64,000 nt of DNA from Nageia nagi. Taxonomy: Eukaryota > Plantae > Pinophyta. Below, piece by piece: positions 1-12,500 of this stretch (position 1 is the first letter of the stretch; each line of letters starts with the position of its first letter). The notes under the pieces were generated by a model that worked only from the letters and a program-made list of their open reading frames with translations, was not told the origin of the DNA and did not search any database. The DNA lies in contig JBITNC010000001.1 of NCBI GenBank assembly GCA_050084985.1, forward strand, positions 72,788,001-72,852,000, given 5' to 3'. Position numbers and translations under genes: made by a program.

Positions 1-389
1 CAAAAAATATCCTTGAGTGGAGTATCCAAGACAAAATTTGCTAAAGAAGTTTTCTTTAGGAATACTATTTGGATGATGTTTAGATGACTATAAAAATCCA
101 TATCCAAGGCTAGAGATGGAATATATGATTTACCTCCCTTATACTATTTCAATCATGAATCTATTCATTTCATTATGTCTAATACTTGAGAACCATTCGC
201 ACTTATGTTCATGCCTAAAAATAGAGAGGTTACACTTTGGATTGGTGGAAATGACAATGAAATGTATGCCATCGATAGCCCAACAGATTATGAGCATGGC
301 ATTGGCACCCTAGTTTTGACTATAATTTTCATCTATTTTATTGGATCTATGTACTTGTAATGAAAAATTAATCATAAAATAATTATGGA

Positions 390-1110
390 TGTATAGTAAG
401 TTGTTTCATCCATTGGATATAATTCAATATCAACATCTTGCTCATGGATGCATTGCTAGTTTTTTTTGAGTGAACTCTCACTAGCCATATTAATGGCCAT
501 CAATGATCATATGTTTGTATGTCTATGATATGAAGATAGTATGCTTTAGATGAGTTCAAAGAAAAAATTATGTGGATACATAGTAAAATGTATCATCCAT
601 TAATGATGTTCTAATGTCAATAAATTGCTCATGGCTGCATCATTGATTTACTTTTAAGTGAGTGAACTCTTGCTAGCTGTATCATTGGCCATCGATGATC
701 ATTCATTTTTATGTCCATGATCCAAAGGCAATATGCTTTAGATGGGTTCAAAGAAAAAACCATGTGGATAAAAAGGAAAATGTATCATCCATTAGAGATG
801 ATCCAATGTTAACAAATTACTCATGGTTGCATCACCAATTTATTTTTAAGTGAGTGAACTTTCACTAGCTGTATCATTGGCCATCGATGATCATGCATTT
901 TTATGTCCATGATCTGAAGATAATATGCTTTAGATTGGTTTAAAGTAAAAACCATATGGATACACAACAAAATATATCATCCATTAGAGATGATCCAATA
1001 TTAACAAATTGCTCATGGCTACATCATCAATTTACTTTTAAGTGAGTGAACTCTCACTAGTCGTATCGATGGCCATTGATGATAATGTATTTTGATGTCC
1101 ATGATATGAA
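390..1110. repeat. Tandem array, 192-bp unit, about 4 copies, in the 3' region of element A
   Basis: Anchor GAGTGAACT at 468, 660, 852 and 1044 (exact 192-bp period). Same unit as the array at 39110-40380. Confidence 0.92.
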
Positions 1111-3631
1111 GACATTAGCCATGTGAAGCAAGTATGAAATAAATAAAATAAAATATAATATACTAAGTTAGAATGGTGAAATTTTCTTATATTCAAACTT
1201 GTAAAAGTCAAGGAGCTTGTGTTTAATTCTACACAAAGGATGTATGCTACCAATGCTCTAAAAATAGGTCAATGTATGCCACTAACGTTGTGTGGATAGT
1301 CTTCCATGTTGCAAAATTGTAGGATTCCTTGAATTTGGCTAAAATAAAATTATCTTGACTAATGTCAGCCAAAGTATGTTGATTCATTATACTTATAAGT
1401 GAATATGAGATTGCCTCTAGCTGATGCTAAAAAGGGGGTAAGGTAAGCCATCTTGTCACATGCATGAACACATGTTGCATCACCATGTCATCACATCATC
1501 ATCTGGGTGATATTCATGAATTTCCAACAAATGAAGGAGAATAGAGTTATTCAAATCTATAAGAATTGTAACATAGAATGTAGAGTGAAGTCTAGAAGGG
1601 GGAGATAATGCCCTATGATTTTGCATATTTCTCCATGTCAACTTTAGATCAATTAATAGATGTTGATTTATTCACTTAGTATGCATCAATTCATGTTAAT
1701 AAATATCAACCTTTCCAAATGAAAATTGAACATGCTTAATAACATCAAATGAAAAGATAAAAACAAAATATTTGCACCTCACAATGGAAGCATAATTTTA
1801 GTACTGCTCCTCATGCTAGAAAGGTGCAATTAAGGATAAGTATAGGAGGGTTTTTAATCATTTGAGTAACTCATAGATTGGTATACTACTAGAACCTTGA
1901 TGTTAGTACACTACTAGCATCATGAAATAAATGGAGAAAGTCATCTAATTAAGCAGTGCCTTCATATGTCACCAATTCTTGCAGATATCATGGGCCTGCA
2001 ATTGCCTAGGAACAACCTTCTTGAAGATATAATATTACCCTACCAAATGACAAAAATAAAATATAGATAATCTAATTTTTTTAATTGTATATCATAAACA
2101 AGTATCCATTATAATATGAAAAACTAGTAATTGATGAAAATGAATTAAGCACATTGGAAACTCATCTAAATAGCAAATTAGCACACTGCTGGTGCCCTAA
2201 ACCCAATATAAATTTTAATAAAAAATATAAATGAAGAAATCTTTACTTGATACATACAAGTGTAATTTGAATAAATTATGATCATAAATTAGATTCAAAT
2301 TCTATCAATAGCACACACAAATCAAATAAATGGACATTGATGATATCATGTAAATGGTAATTTATAGTATCCAAAAAAAGATGGGAGAGATTTGAAAATT
2401 TTACAAGGACAATAAGCTCTCCACATAAGGATTCAAAAATTATATGTTAAAAATGAAGCAATGCCTTAATTTAAAGCTCTGAATTCAACTTATAAAATCA
2501 AATTTTTTATAAAAATACATCATTTTAATCTTCACACCCTTACCATTTGGAGCTTTGACAAGTAGGTGTTGACTTCCTCACTGAACTAGCTAAGTTTACC
2601 ACCTTGTTAGCAATGTTGCATTGCTAGAGCATCTATTCCATCCATAATTTTAGTGCATAAAGTGGGAGGATGTCCATAGAGGATATGGGAATGTGTATTA
2701 ATGGCTGACATTAATTGGAGGAGTATCTAATGATCGATTATGGGGAGGATAGGTCATCTAGCAAAGTATTTCCATAGTCTACCAATCGAGAATATAGTAT
2801 GTAGATTCAAACTTGAAATATTATTTTTTTATTATCCATGAGTGGAGAGGATGTACTAATAGACCTAGGCATTACCTCGCAAGAAGGATCTGGCCAAATT
2901 TAAGTCTACATTTGATATATATATAAATGACCCATTTGACAGACTTAATACTCTATTCTTTTAATTTATGCACACAAACTAAAATGAAACACAACCTAAA
3001 GGAACCAATATACCTTGGAGAAATAAGTAAAGGTCAAGAGGGTGTATGTGAGCATAGATATCATGGTACAATACCCAAGATCAGCCTAGAGGCTAAGGCA
3101 CATTATTTAGAATGATAAAGAGTGGATTTTAAACATTCTATCCTAGGAAAACCATGATGTTGGCACCCTAACATAGAGATAATAAGGTGTTGGTATCATG
3201 CATAGAGAGGATTTGGATCCCTAGATTATGAAAATAAGAAGAAAATATGGATACAAAGAAGAAAAGATGGATACAAAGAAGAAAAATCACTAAAATGGTG
3301 AACACACAAAATAGGAAAGCAAAAAGATACAAAAATACCCTAAATACTAATATACATTGATTATGATGTCAAAAAGAGCTTAAGGAATAACTTTATGTAT
3401 TTAGGGAGTTTTTTCCACCCAAATAAAATTTACAAAGACAGAGAGAAAAGGAGGCACTTTTGTACTAGTCATCCCCATGTTGCTAGCACTCTAAAAGCAA
3501 AAATGCACACCTTTGGTGTTGTACCTTTTGATTCCATTATTATTCCTATTTGGAGGAGGATGCCTATATGCATGAGTGTTAACCAAAAAAGAATGTAAAT
3601 TATGAGAAATACTTACTGTACTGATGCACCC

Positions 3632-5680
3632 TTAAGATTGTGAAGATGGTATGGAATTATTGAATACCCCTAGTTGTGCATTATCTAGATGTACAGGTCC
3701 TATATATGTAGCTAGTTTTTGATTCATCTTGATTACTCCATTATCAATGAAATCATGTATAAGGTTATGAAGTATCTTGAAATTTGAGGTTAGATGACTA
3801 GGTACCCTATGATAATTGCAAAAGTACTCATAGTGAAAATTTTTAAGTACACCATTAGTAAACTTAGTTTCAACAATAGGAGGTAATTTGATTAGTTCCT
3901 CATCTAATAATACATTCAAAATATTATCAATAGTATCAATAAAAAGAGTATATTGGTGAGTATGTTTTGGTGGAGAACTACCTCATTTTTTATGAGCAAC
4001 ATGATTTGCTTCAACCTTGGTTTGATTTTTAGTAATAGGTTTTGCACATGAAGTATGCTAAACATGTTTCATAGCGCTCAACATTTTAATGCATGGTTCC
4101 TTTTTAGTAATAGTGTCAATCATATCTCCTAAAGACATATCATGATTAGAGATTACAAATAGCTTATATATAGGTAAGATACCATCCACAAAAATATGCT
4201 TAAGTTCATGTTCATCCATGGTGAATTTATTAACAGTTTATTTCTATATCTTTACAAAAAATCCTTCACTAATTGGTTAGGGAGCTATTTAATTTTAAAC
4301 AAGTCTTTAAAATAAACCTTCTTAATAATGTTATAACCATAATCATGGAAAAATATGTGAAACAAATCCTCATACATATCAATGCTACTTTTGGGAAGCT
4401 AAAAGTACCATTTTAGAGCCTCATCCTTCAAACTGTAAGAAAACAACTTAGATAACAAATCTTGATCATGCATATATTCAATAGCTTCTTCATGAAATTT
4501 ACAAACATGCATCCTAGAATCTTTCATGACATCAAACTTACTAAATTTGACACTCTTTTTCCCAAGGATTATTTTGGCAAGAATTCTAGCAGTGAGGAGT
4601 CTTTTTAAACATGAAAGTAAATCATCCTTATTACTCATCATGTTGTTAAACCTTACATTGGTATTTAGGGATGGTGGTGGGTAAGGAGGAGGTCATTATG
4701 CATTGTTTAGTATTTCAAGTGAAATATTTTTTAAAAAAGAAAACTCATTAGTATAACTAACCCTATCCTAGTCAAGTTCATGCAATACCCCTACTAGGAT
4801 TTCCAATTGTTCATATGGAGGTTGTTTATACCAATCAATGTTTTCTTGGATATCCATAATGATACCTACCTTAATCTCATGTTCTTGAGGATCCCAAGTT
4901 GATTGTAGCTTAAAGGATTCTCTAATAACTTCAATAAGCTATTACTTAATGAAAGTTTTAATTTCATCATCAGGTAATAGAACTTGACCCTTACCTTTCT
5001 TCTCTCAATCAAAGTAATGTGGATTAAGGTTCAAATTATAATAAGATTCTTCATCCTCATCCTCAAGTTTTGACTGGTCATCACTTTCAAAAACATCATC
5101 CTCAAGCAATGATTATTCCAACTCAGCATCAAGCTCTAGTTTGAACTCTACACCATTAGGATCTATGTTGCTTTGGCCATGGTGATAGTCAATCATGTTT
5201 CCCATGCTATGTGTTTCATGTGTAGGTTGGATATGTTTTAATGATTGCTCATAATAGAATAATCTATCTTTGAATTTTGTATTTTCCAACTAGTTATCAA
5301 GCAAATTTACATCTATAGGAAGTGCCACCATAATATAAGTGTTATTATGAAAAATAAATTGTAACTTATCTTTATCAGATAACACCTATAGAATTATAAT
5401 GAATCCTATCAAGGTCAGGGATTTCATCATCATTAGAAGGTTCTAGATGAGGAGCCAAATTATCCAAGTTTCTAGGATCAAGAATAGCATAACGATTAGG
5501 AGTCTCTCTAATAATATGCCTTCACTTACTATAGACCATCACATACAATAATTTTTGGTATGGTCTTTAAGGGGTCTTTTTGTCATCAAATCCATCATCA
5601 CATATCATGATTACCTATCTTATCGATACATATTTATCACATGTTATACCTAGTCCACCTACATCCATCATAGGTATACC
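3632..5680 (-). pseudogene. gag: Ogre/Tat-type gag (copy 1 of element A), disrupted
   Basis: ORF fragments 4399-4641 (KLFSYSLKDEALKWYF, Retrotrans_gag-like) and 3632-3919 (YFCNYHRVPSHLT..LIHDFIDNG..LGVFNNSIP, Ogre-type knuckle and C-terminus). Confidence 0.8.
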
Positions 5681-6049
5681 CAAAGCAGCCTCTTGTTAGT
5701 TTTACAAATATACATCATAATTAAAATAAATAATGAAACTAACATAAAGAATCATTTATTTTAAATATGTATGTAAACATAGTTAGAGACCCTTCAAGCA
5801 TAGATATCATCTCTATAGGAGCATATGGTTGCTCATGATTAGTAGGTTGAGGCCTTTTAGTTTTAAATTAGTTCATGGGATTAGTAGATATAGGCCTTGC
5901 AAGCCTTACCACATGTTTCTCAACACTAAGAGATCAAGAGAATCCAAGACTTGATAGTTACAAAGGATACTCAAATCCTTTAGCTACAGTATACTTTGGT
6001 AGAATCTATTAAGAGGTATAGGAGTAGATCTAGGTATAGGTCTCATAGT

Positions 6050-8150
6050 ATTCCAATGGATAAACATTCCCATAATCTTCAAGTGTTTCCTTCTTAAGTT
6101 ATGGAAAGGGATTATTGAATATCCTCAATATTTGGCTTTACAAATGCATTGGTACATATTGACTTATTTTTTCTTTATGCTACTATAAAATTGTATCTAA
6201 AACTTTATGATCAAATTTAAAATTACCAACATCATGTAAATCCTTAATTAATTTTTTCAAATGGATACATGATTTTATTGCATATCTTTCTCTTCTATGA
6301 AAGTTGTGAAAAAGATGAGCTTGATATCCAAGAGGTTTGATCTTAGGGGACTCTTTCAATGGTAGGTAATGAATCAAATTTTTATCAAGCAAAGCATAAA
6401 GTACATCATTGATATCTTAATAAAATTATGTATGTTTTCTTAGTGACCTCCTAGTTTCCATTATGTTCATGGCTAACTTTGGCTACCATGTTAACTTCTA
6501 ATTGTTTTTCTTTCTTAATTGTTTTAGGTTTCTCAAGAAAAACAGGTTTTAGAACTACTTTTCATTTCATATGATCTAGAGGTTAATTGAAATATTTATG
6601 GATGGATTTTATATTAAGCATTTTCATCTATCAAATATTCATAAGGTTAATCTTGGAATTCTAAGATATCATTTCTCTAAGGAAGAACATCTTGAAAAAT
6701 AACATGTTTCTTTTCTTTATTAGTTAGTTGCACTAAACTATCAACTTTTGTCAATTAAACTATAAAATCACCAACAAGTTGGAATTTTTTTTTGCTTTTA
6801 ATAATATATTTCTACAAAACAAGGTTCATTTGGTGTGTACAAATTATATCTTTTAAGAAATGCATCAGCCAAATCATCAAAACTTTGAATGCTTTCATGA
6901 GGCAAATTTGTAAACCATAAAAAGGAATCAGAACATAAACTAAATGGAAATAATTTATCCTATAGATCATCATCCTTTTCAAATGCAAAATATTATTAAC
7001 AATATCTTCTTAAATGTTCTCTAGGATATGAATAACCATCAAACATTATGAAATTTACTCGTTTTTCATACCTCTTTTTATGGATACAATAGCAAAAAGG
7101 GTATTCATTTCCTCTTGAAAATATAGGTGCAAATTTATTGATGCAAGCCATTATGGAGTCTTTTTTTTTGCTTTAGCTGAATAAGTTTATCAACTAAATC
7201 ATGTAAGTGATTTTCACTTTTAGTATATCTTTCTATATCATTTCTCTCATCCTTAGGCACTCCTTAGAATAAACCAAATTGAAAAATATTTTCTTGTTTC
7301 AACTTTCTAATTAAATCATTCATCATTTCCATTTTAGTATCTATTGAAGCAGTTTTGAAATTGATATTAAGGCTAAGATATTTCAACTCTTATTTCCTCA
7401 TAAGATCAACCAGGTCTACACCTTTAGACCAAACTCAATTATTGCATTAACCTCTTTTTTTATATATTTTGCATATTTTTGGTAGAGTTGGTTGGGTATC
7501 TATGATATCAACTAACTCCTCTTCATTAATGTTATCTTCCTAAACTTCCTCACAACTAGGAAATTCCTCCTAAGATATAGGATGTTCCTCTTCTTCATTT
7601 TCTCATGAAATTTGTGGATCTTAGGTTACAAATAGGTTCTATAATGGAGTGGCATCATTGGGATTTAGATCTTAAAGGATTGTTGGTTCAATAATTTCAT
7701 GATCAAGTCTTTCATTTGGTAATGAAAATTGAAAATTTGAGGATGTGACTCTTTGTGGTGAATCAAAATACTTATATATTTGGAGATAAGGGGCTATGGT
7801 CATATCATTTTATGTTTTTTGCATCATTTTATTTTGTTTGACACATTCAAGGTTAGTTTCTAAGGTAGATATTAACAAATATTTTTATCTAAGTTGACAC
7901 TTCTTGTAGGGTTTGCATAAGGTAGCATAAGAATTATTTATCAACCAATAATTATCTACCATGTTGGAGTGGTACATATACATCATCATTATGTGTCTCT
8001 CCATACACTTAAGATTGAATTTCATCATCTTCCCTCAAATCATCCTTATCTCTTGTATGACTACAATCATCTAGAGCATTATCATATTCATCGTGGTGGT
8101 ATAATTTTCTTACTCATTCACTTTTTCACCTAGGTGCATTAATGCAATTC
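6050..8150 (-). pseudogene. gag: Second Ogre/Tat-type gag (copy 2 of element A), disrupted
   Basis: Reverse strand reads FDGYSYPREHL...KLFPFSLCSDSFLWFTNLPHESIQSFDDLADAFL (about 6850-7050). Knuckle-like HNFHRRERYAIKSCIHLKKLIKDLHDVG in ORF 6183-6392. Confidence 0.75.
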
Positions 8151-8319
8151 CTTCTTTCTCTTATATTTTTTGGCTTAAAAACATGACACTTGGGAATAAC
8201 TTGATCAGAAATAATATGTGTATACATATTTTTAGAACTTAAAACATAAATTTAGTCCTATAAAAAAACCCTAGAGTTTTTTAGCGAAACTAGTGAAGGA
8301 TAAAGTGATGTGCTAAACA

Positions 8320-8334
8320 AAGTCAAGTTCACTA
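8320..8334 (-). promoter_or_regulatory. Primer-binding site, tRNA-Trp-like (degenerate)
   Basis: Minus strand TAGTGAACTTGACTT versus plant tRNA-Trp complement TGGTGAACCCGACGT; lies 2 nt from the LTR end. Confidence 0.6.
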
Positions 8335-8336
8335 AT

Positions 8337-9064
8337 TGTTAAAACCAAAATAATAATTTATTAGGGTTATTTAACATATTCAATTATGCTAAATAATTAT
8401 GAATTTATAGTAAAATATCAATAACATGAAATATGAAAATGATCATAATTAACCTAATTGACCTTAACCATTCAAACTTGGATTAACAAAGATACAAACT
8501 CATACTTTACCTATCACAATTATCAAAGGTAATATCCAATGCAAAGAGATTGATGATGAGATTCTCTCATGAAATAAAACCACCAATACATCATCTACCC
8601 AACATCATCAGTAGGAAACCAATTTCATTTCCAAGTGTCCTCTCTAGAATGCCTTAGAGTTTCATTTGCTATCATTAACACTCCATTGAATCTTGAAATA
8701 TTGTGCACAATTGGTTTGAAAGATCATAGGAATGTAGAACTCAAAGTATAATAAAATCCAAATATGATAGGTGGCATCAAGAGAAATTGGTCAATAGGAA
8801 TAATTATGTTACCATTTATCAAGGATTCTAGATCATATCATGATTTCTTATGCATAACCATTCTACCTGTATAGATAGGAAGTCTAGTGTCAAGTTTTCT
8901 TCTTAGGCTAGTAATGTACTTGGACCAACCTATTATCATAAAATGTAAAGGTAGTTGAGTGTGCACAATAAAAAATACCATTAAATAAATTAATTAAATG
9001 AATCATTTCAAATACATAAAAAGTGTATTTTAATTAAATTAATATTCCTTTTTAGGTGTTAACA
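8337..9064 (-). repeat. 5' LTR of element A (about 728 bp)
   Basis: Minus-strand termini TGTTAACACCTAAA...TTTTGGTTTTAACA resemble the element B LTR termini (TGTAGACACCTAAA...TTTTGGATCAACA). Flanked by the PBS on one side and LINE sequence on the other. Confidence 0.7.
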
Positions 9065-10800
9065 ACTATAATATTCCATAAAAATTAGAATAATCTAGTC
9101 AGGAACCCATCAAGGTTATGATACTCAAACTTATTCATGGATAATAAGTCATTAGTGATTTATTATCTTGAGAATGGATTAGGAATGATTTTATTCATAT
9201 TATCATTATCCAAGAGGAAATATTGATAAAAATATCACTCATGACATAAAGATCATCTTGGTCAGGGGACAATTTCATAAAATTTCATCTCTTAATTTCC
9301 TATGGATATATGGTAAACCTACCATTAGTTTTTTTTTTTTTTTTTATATAAATCATGTTGTGATTGCACCTTTTTAAAGTAGAGAGTTTGACAAAAAAAT
9401 ATATGTTTTTTCATCCTCCTTTAGCCAAGTAATCCTAGGTTTTTATTTACAATGTATTTCTTCATGAACCAAGGTATATAGTAAGAAGATCTAAAATAAT
9501 TATCATTTCCTTTTGGATGATTTTTGTGTATCTATTAGTATATTGTATATCTTCCTTTAGGTTGGACAATTCTTCTTGAAGATACAATTTTATAACATAC
9601 ACATCTCGAGAAATATATTTGTTCTATTATATAAGAATTATCTTTACATGTTATATGTTTTTTTATAAATACCTAATACATTTATAATTTCTTTAACTTG
9701 AAAGGTACATCATTCTTCCATTTTTTTGATATATCTAGGTGGGAGGGCCAAATATATTCAAAACTAAAAAAGAGCATTTTTCTTTTGAAATCCATCTAAA
9801 GATAACCAAATTTTGGTTATAATAAAATCAAAATCAAGATTAATACAAGAGAAGATAATAACTATGTACCTATTGGTAGAAATAAGAAGTTATTTTTTAA
9901 GAATATTTGAGTACCAAAAGTCCTCATACTAATTTATCCACTAGCTAATTTCCATTTCAACATATTTTTAAATACCTTTGATGATGTTCACAGATTTTTC
10001 TATATATAATATATTATATACATTCATGATAGTTTTTTTTAGATCCAATACTTAAAAGAGGAATTACATCCCCTTATATTATAATTTAAAATATTCATTT
10101 CAAAATTCTTGGAGTGATCACACTACCACTCTACTATACAATATGTTAAGTACTATTTATAATGTTCCAATTTATAGTAACATTTGGTTCCCTACTAGTA
10201 ATAGTATTACTAGTTTTTGTATTATTTTTTGATGGCTTATTTTGATTAATCCATGGAATTAGAAGCAAGATTATCATAAATATAGGCTTAGGGAATGTTA
10301 TTTTGATTATTTGAGATAATCTTCAAGAGAGATTTTGGTTACTATTTGTAGAAAACTAAAAATATTTTCTATTTATCATAATATTATATTTATCATATCT
10401 AGAAGAAATATCAATTAAAAGTTACAAATATCAAGAAAACTAGTTGTATAAAAGGAAGAGCAAGGCATATATTTCCTTATAAAATTAGATTCAAGTGAAT
10501 AGATCATCATTCAATCTAAATAGGTCAATATTGAGAATGTACTCCCATATCTCTATACAAATCATGTCTCTCTATGCCACATATCCAAAGATTTTTTATA
10601 ATCTTGTGCATGATTGTATTATTTTCATAATATTAATTACTTTTAAAAATTTCAATGATGTTGTTATTATTCCAAATTATGTATGGTGTGTTTTTGAGAT
10701 GTTTAGGTACCTAGATTCAAATATCAATACATTATAGTGCTTGAGGTATCAGATCAGAGTTCTGTTCATTTGAGATTTGAGCCAATTCATACATTTATTA
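9065..10800 (-). mobile_element. Degenerate L1-type LINE (end of ORF1, EN/linker of ORF2), interrupted by element A
   Basis: Reverse-strand motifs: xFxFEYIWPSH (about 9745-9780), EEIH..KPRITWLKED..(FF)..STLKRCNHN (about 9360-9470), LDGFLTRLF*FLWNII ending at the LTR junction (APGPDGF..FFQ..W.II motif). Confidence 0.7.
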
Positions 10801-11154
10801 AGAATATCATTCCACCTAGTGTAAGATTTATATTTTGTATATATATATGAATGAATTAATATAATTCATTTTATTTTTTTTACATTTTTATCTAACTATT
10901 TTGATGATTCTTTCATAAAATTTAGGGTTTATGGATAGTATTTTGTATAGATATTAGAGGATAACAAAATAATAAATTATTTCATTTTTATGGGTGATTT
11001 TGAAATGGACTAAGTTATGAATGACCTAGATATAGATAAAAAAATATTAATAAACCTTAATATAATAAAAGAGGTAATGAGCATTATCAATTTTATAGAT
11101 CTCATTAATAAAAAAAGTTAAATACTCAAAATAGATAAGGAAGTAAAAAAAGTT

Positions 11155-12500
11155 ATGGAGCAAAGTGGGAAAGAAGGTGGGAAAGCATATGTGGGTAGAG
11201 CAAGGGGAATCAAAGGTCAGAGGGATGGAGGGATCCTAAACCAACCAAGCTATAAAAAAGCTAAAATTACCTCAGTTTTGAATGTGGATGATGACCTAGT
11301 GGATGAGAAATTGAAGGAGCTACAAAAATGCATGGTTAAAAAATTTATAGGTTAGTGACAAGGTTTGTCAGCTTTGAAGGAATGGGCAGCAAAAGGATGG
11401 GACTTGGAAGGTGAGCTAAGATGCTCCACTCTACCAAAAAAAAAATTTCCAATGTACTTTGAATAAAAAAATGATCTATCACATGTGCTAGATGATGGGC
11501 CATGCTTTTTGGGAAACTCAAGCCTCTTTGCTAAGAGATGGTATGATGGCTTCAACCCATTAATGGGAAGTATCAAAATAATACCTATATGGGTGTGACT
11601 CTTTGGTTTACCCCAACATATTTGGAGATTTAAAATAGTGCAACTTATAGGGGACTCCATTGGGGAATTTTTTGAAATGGATGATAACTTTGAATCAAAG
11701 GAGAATGCACTTATGGTAAGAATCTATGTTAAAGTGAATGTCCAAGAACACTTACCTATAGATATTAAGATTTGTACTAAGCTAGGGAATGGAAAAAAGT
11801 GTTGGACTATGAGAGAATCCCCTTTATATGAATATGGTGTAGAGAAATTGGTCACTTAGATTCCCATTTCCCTTTGAACCAAAAGGAAGAGAGAAACATA
11901 TGCAATATTTGTAAGAACTCAGGCTATGTGGATAAAGATTGCAAATAGAAAAATAAAAAAATTTGGAAAAGAGGGAGAGTGTGGATACCTATGAAAAATG
12001 GAGGAGAAAATTTGACTTGCATAGCTAAGAAATATCTTAAGGTAGATTAGGGGAATACCTCTGGTTCTACTCATGTTTGGGAGACTCTGGTTAAAAGTCC
12101 CTCATATGTAGCCATGGCAAAAAAGTGCATAAAATAGTTTGAATATGAGATACCTTCTCATATTTTTGAAATGTAATAGAATGTAGTAGAGGGGGATATT
12201 CAAGAAGGAGAGATGGAGGATGATATTAACTTTCAATATGATGATTCTGAGAATCTGGAAAAAGACTCACCTAAGTGCCAAGCCATTCATAAAGACAAAA
12301 CAAGGTAAAGGAAAAAAAGGGAGACACAAAGTTAAAGATAATGATAAGGAAAATGGTATCCCAAATTTCAAACCTAAAGTGATCATAAGAAGAATAGCAT
12401 AATATGGTAAAGCTTTGAGAGGAGAAGGAAACTTCAAAATACAGGAAGCTAGCACTCTTGAGAAGGGTGTAGGTGGTAAATCCATCAAAAGAAAGCCAAA
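11155..12500 (+). pseudogene. LINE ORF1 (DUF4283 / zinc knuckle), disrupted
   Basis: VLDDGPCFLGNSSLFAKRW; IPIWV*LFGLP.HIW; IGDSIGEFFEMD; CNICKNSGYVDKDC knuckle at about 11900-11945. Confidence 0.8.

Larger units (their letters stand above)
1..9064 (-). mobile_element. Element A: pol-less Tat/Ogre-like Ty3/gypsy LTR retrotransposon (3' end outside window), inserted in LINE ORF2
   Basis: 5' LTR 8337-9064, degenerate tRNA-Trp PBS, two gag-like ORFs and a 192-bp tandem array. Positions 1-5700 align by eye with 38770-46750 of element A'. No PR/RT/RH/INT motifs seen. Confidence 0.75.

Noticed and set aside
390-1110. 192-bp (64-codon) unit as a protein repeat
   Set aside because: The frames I translated contain several stops per unit, and units in A' vary by lengths that are not multiples of three.
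9329-9345. T17 run as a LINE poly(A) tail
   Set aside because: LINE ORF2 motifs continue on both sides; more likely a homopolymer expansion.
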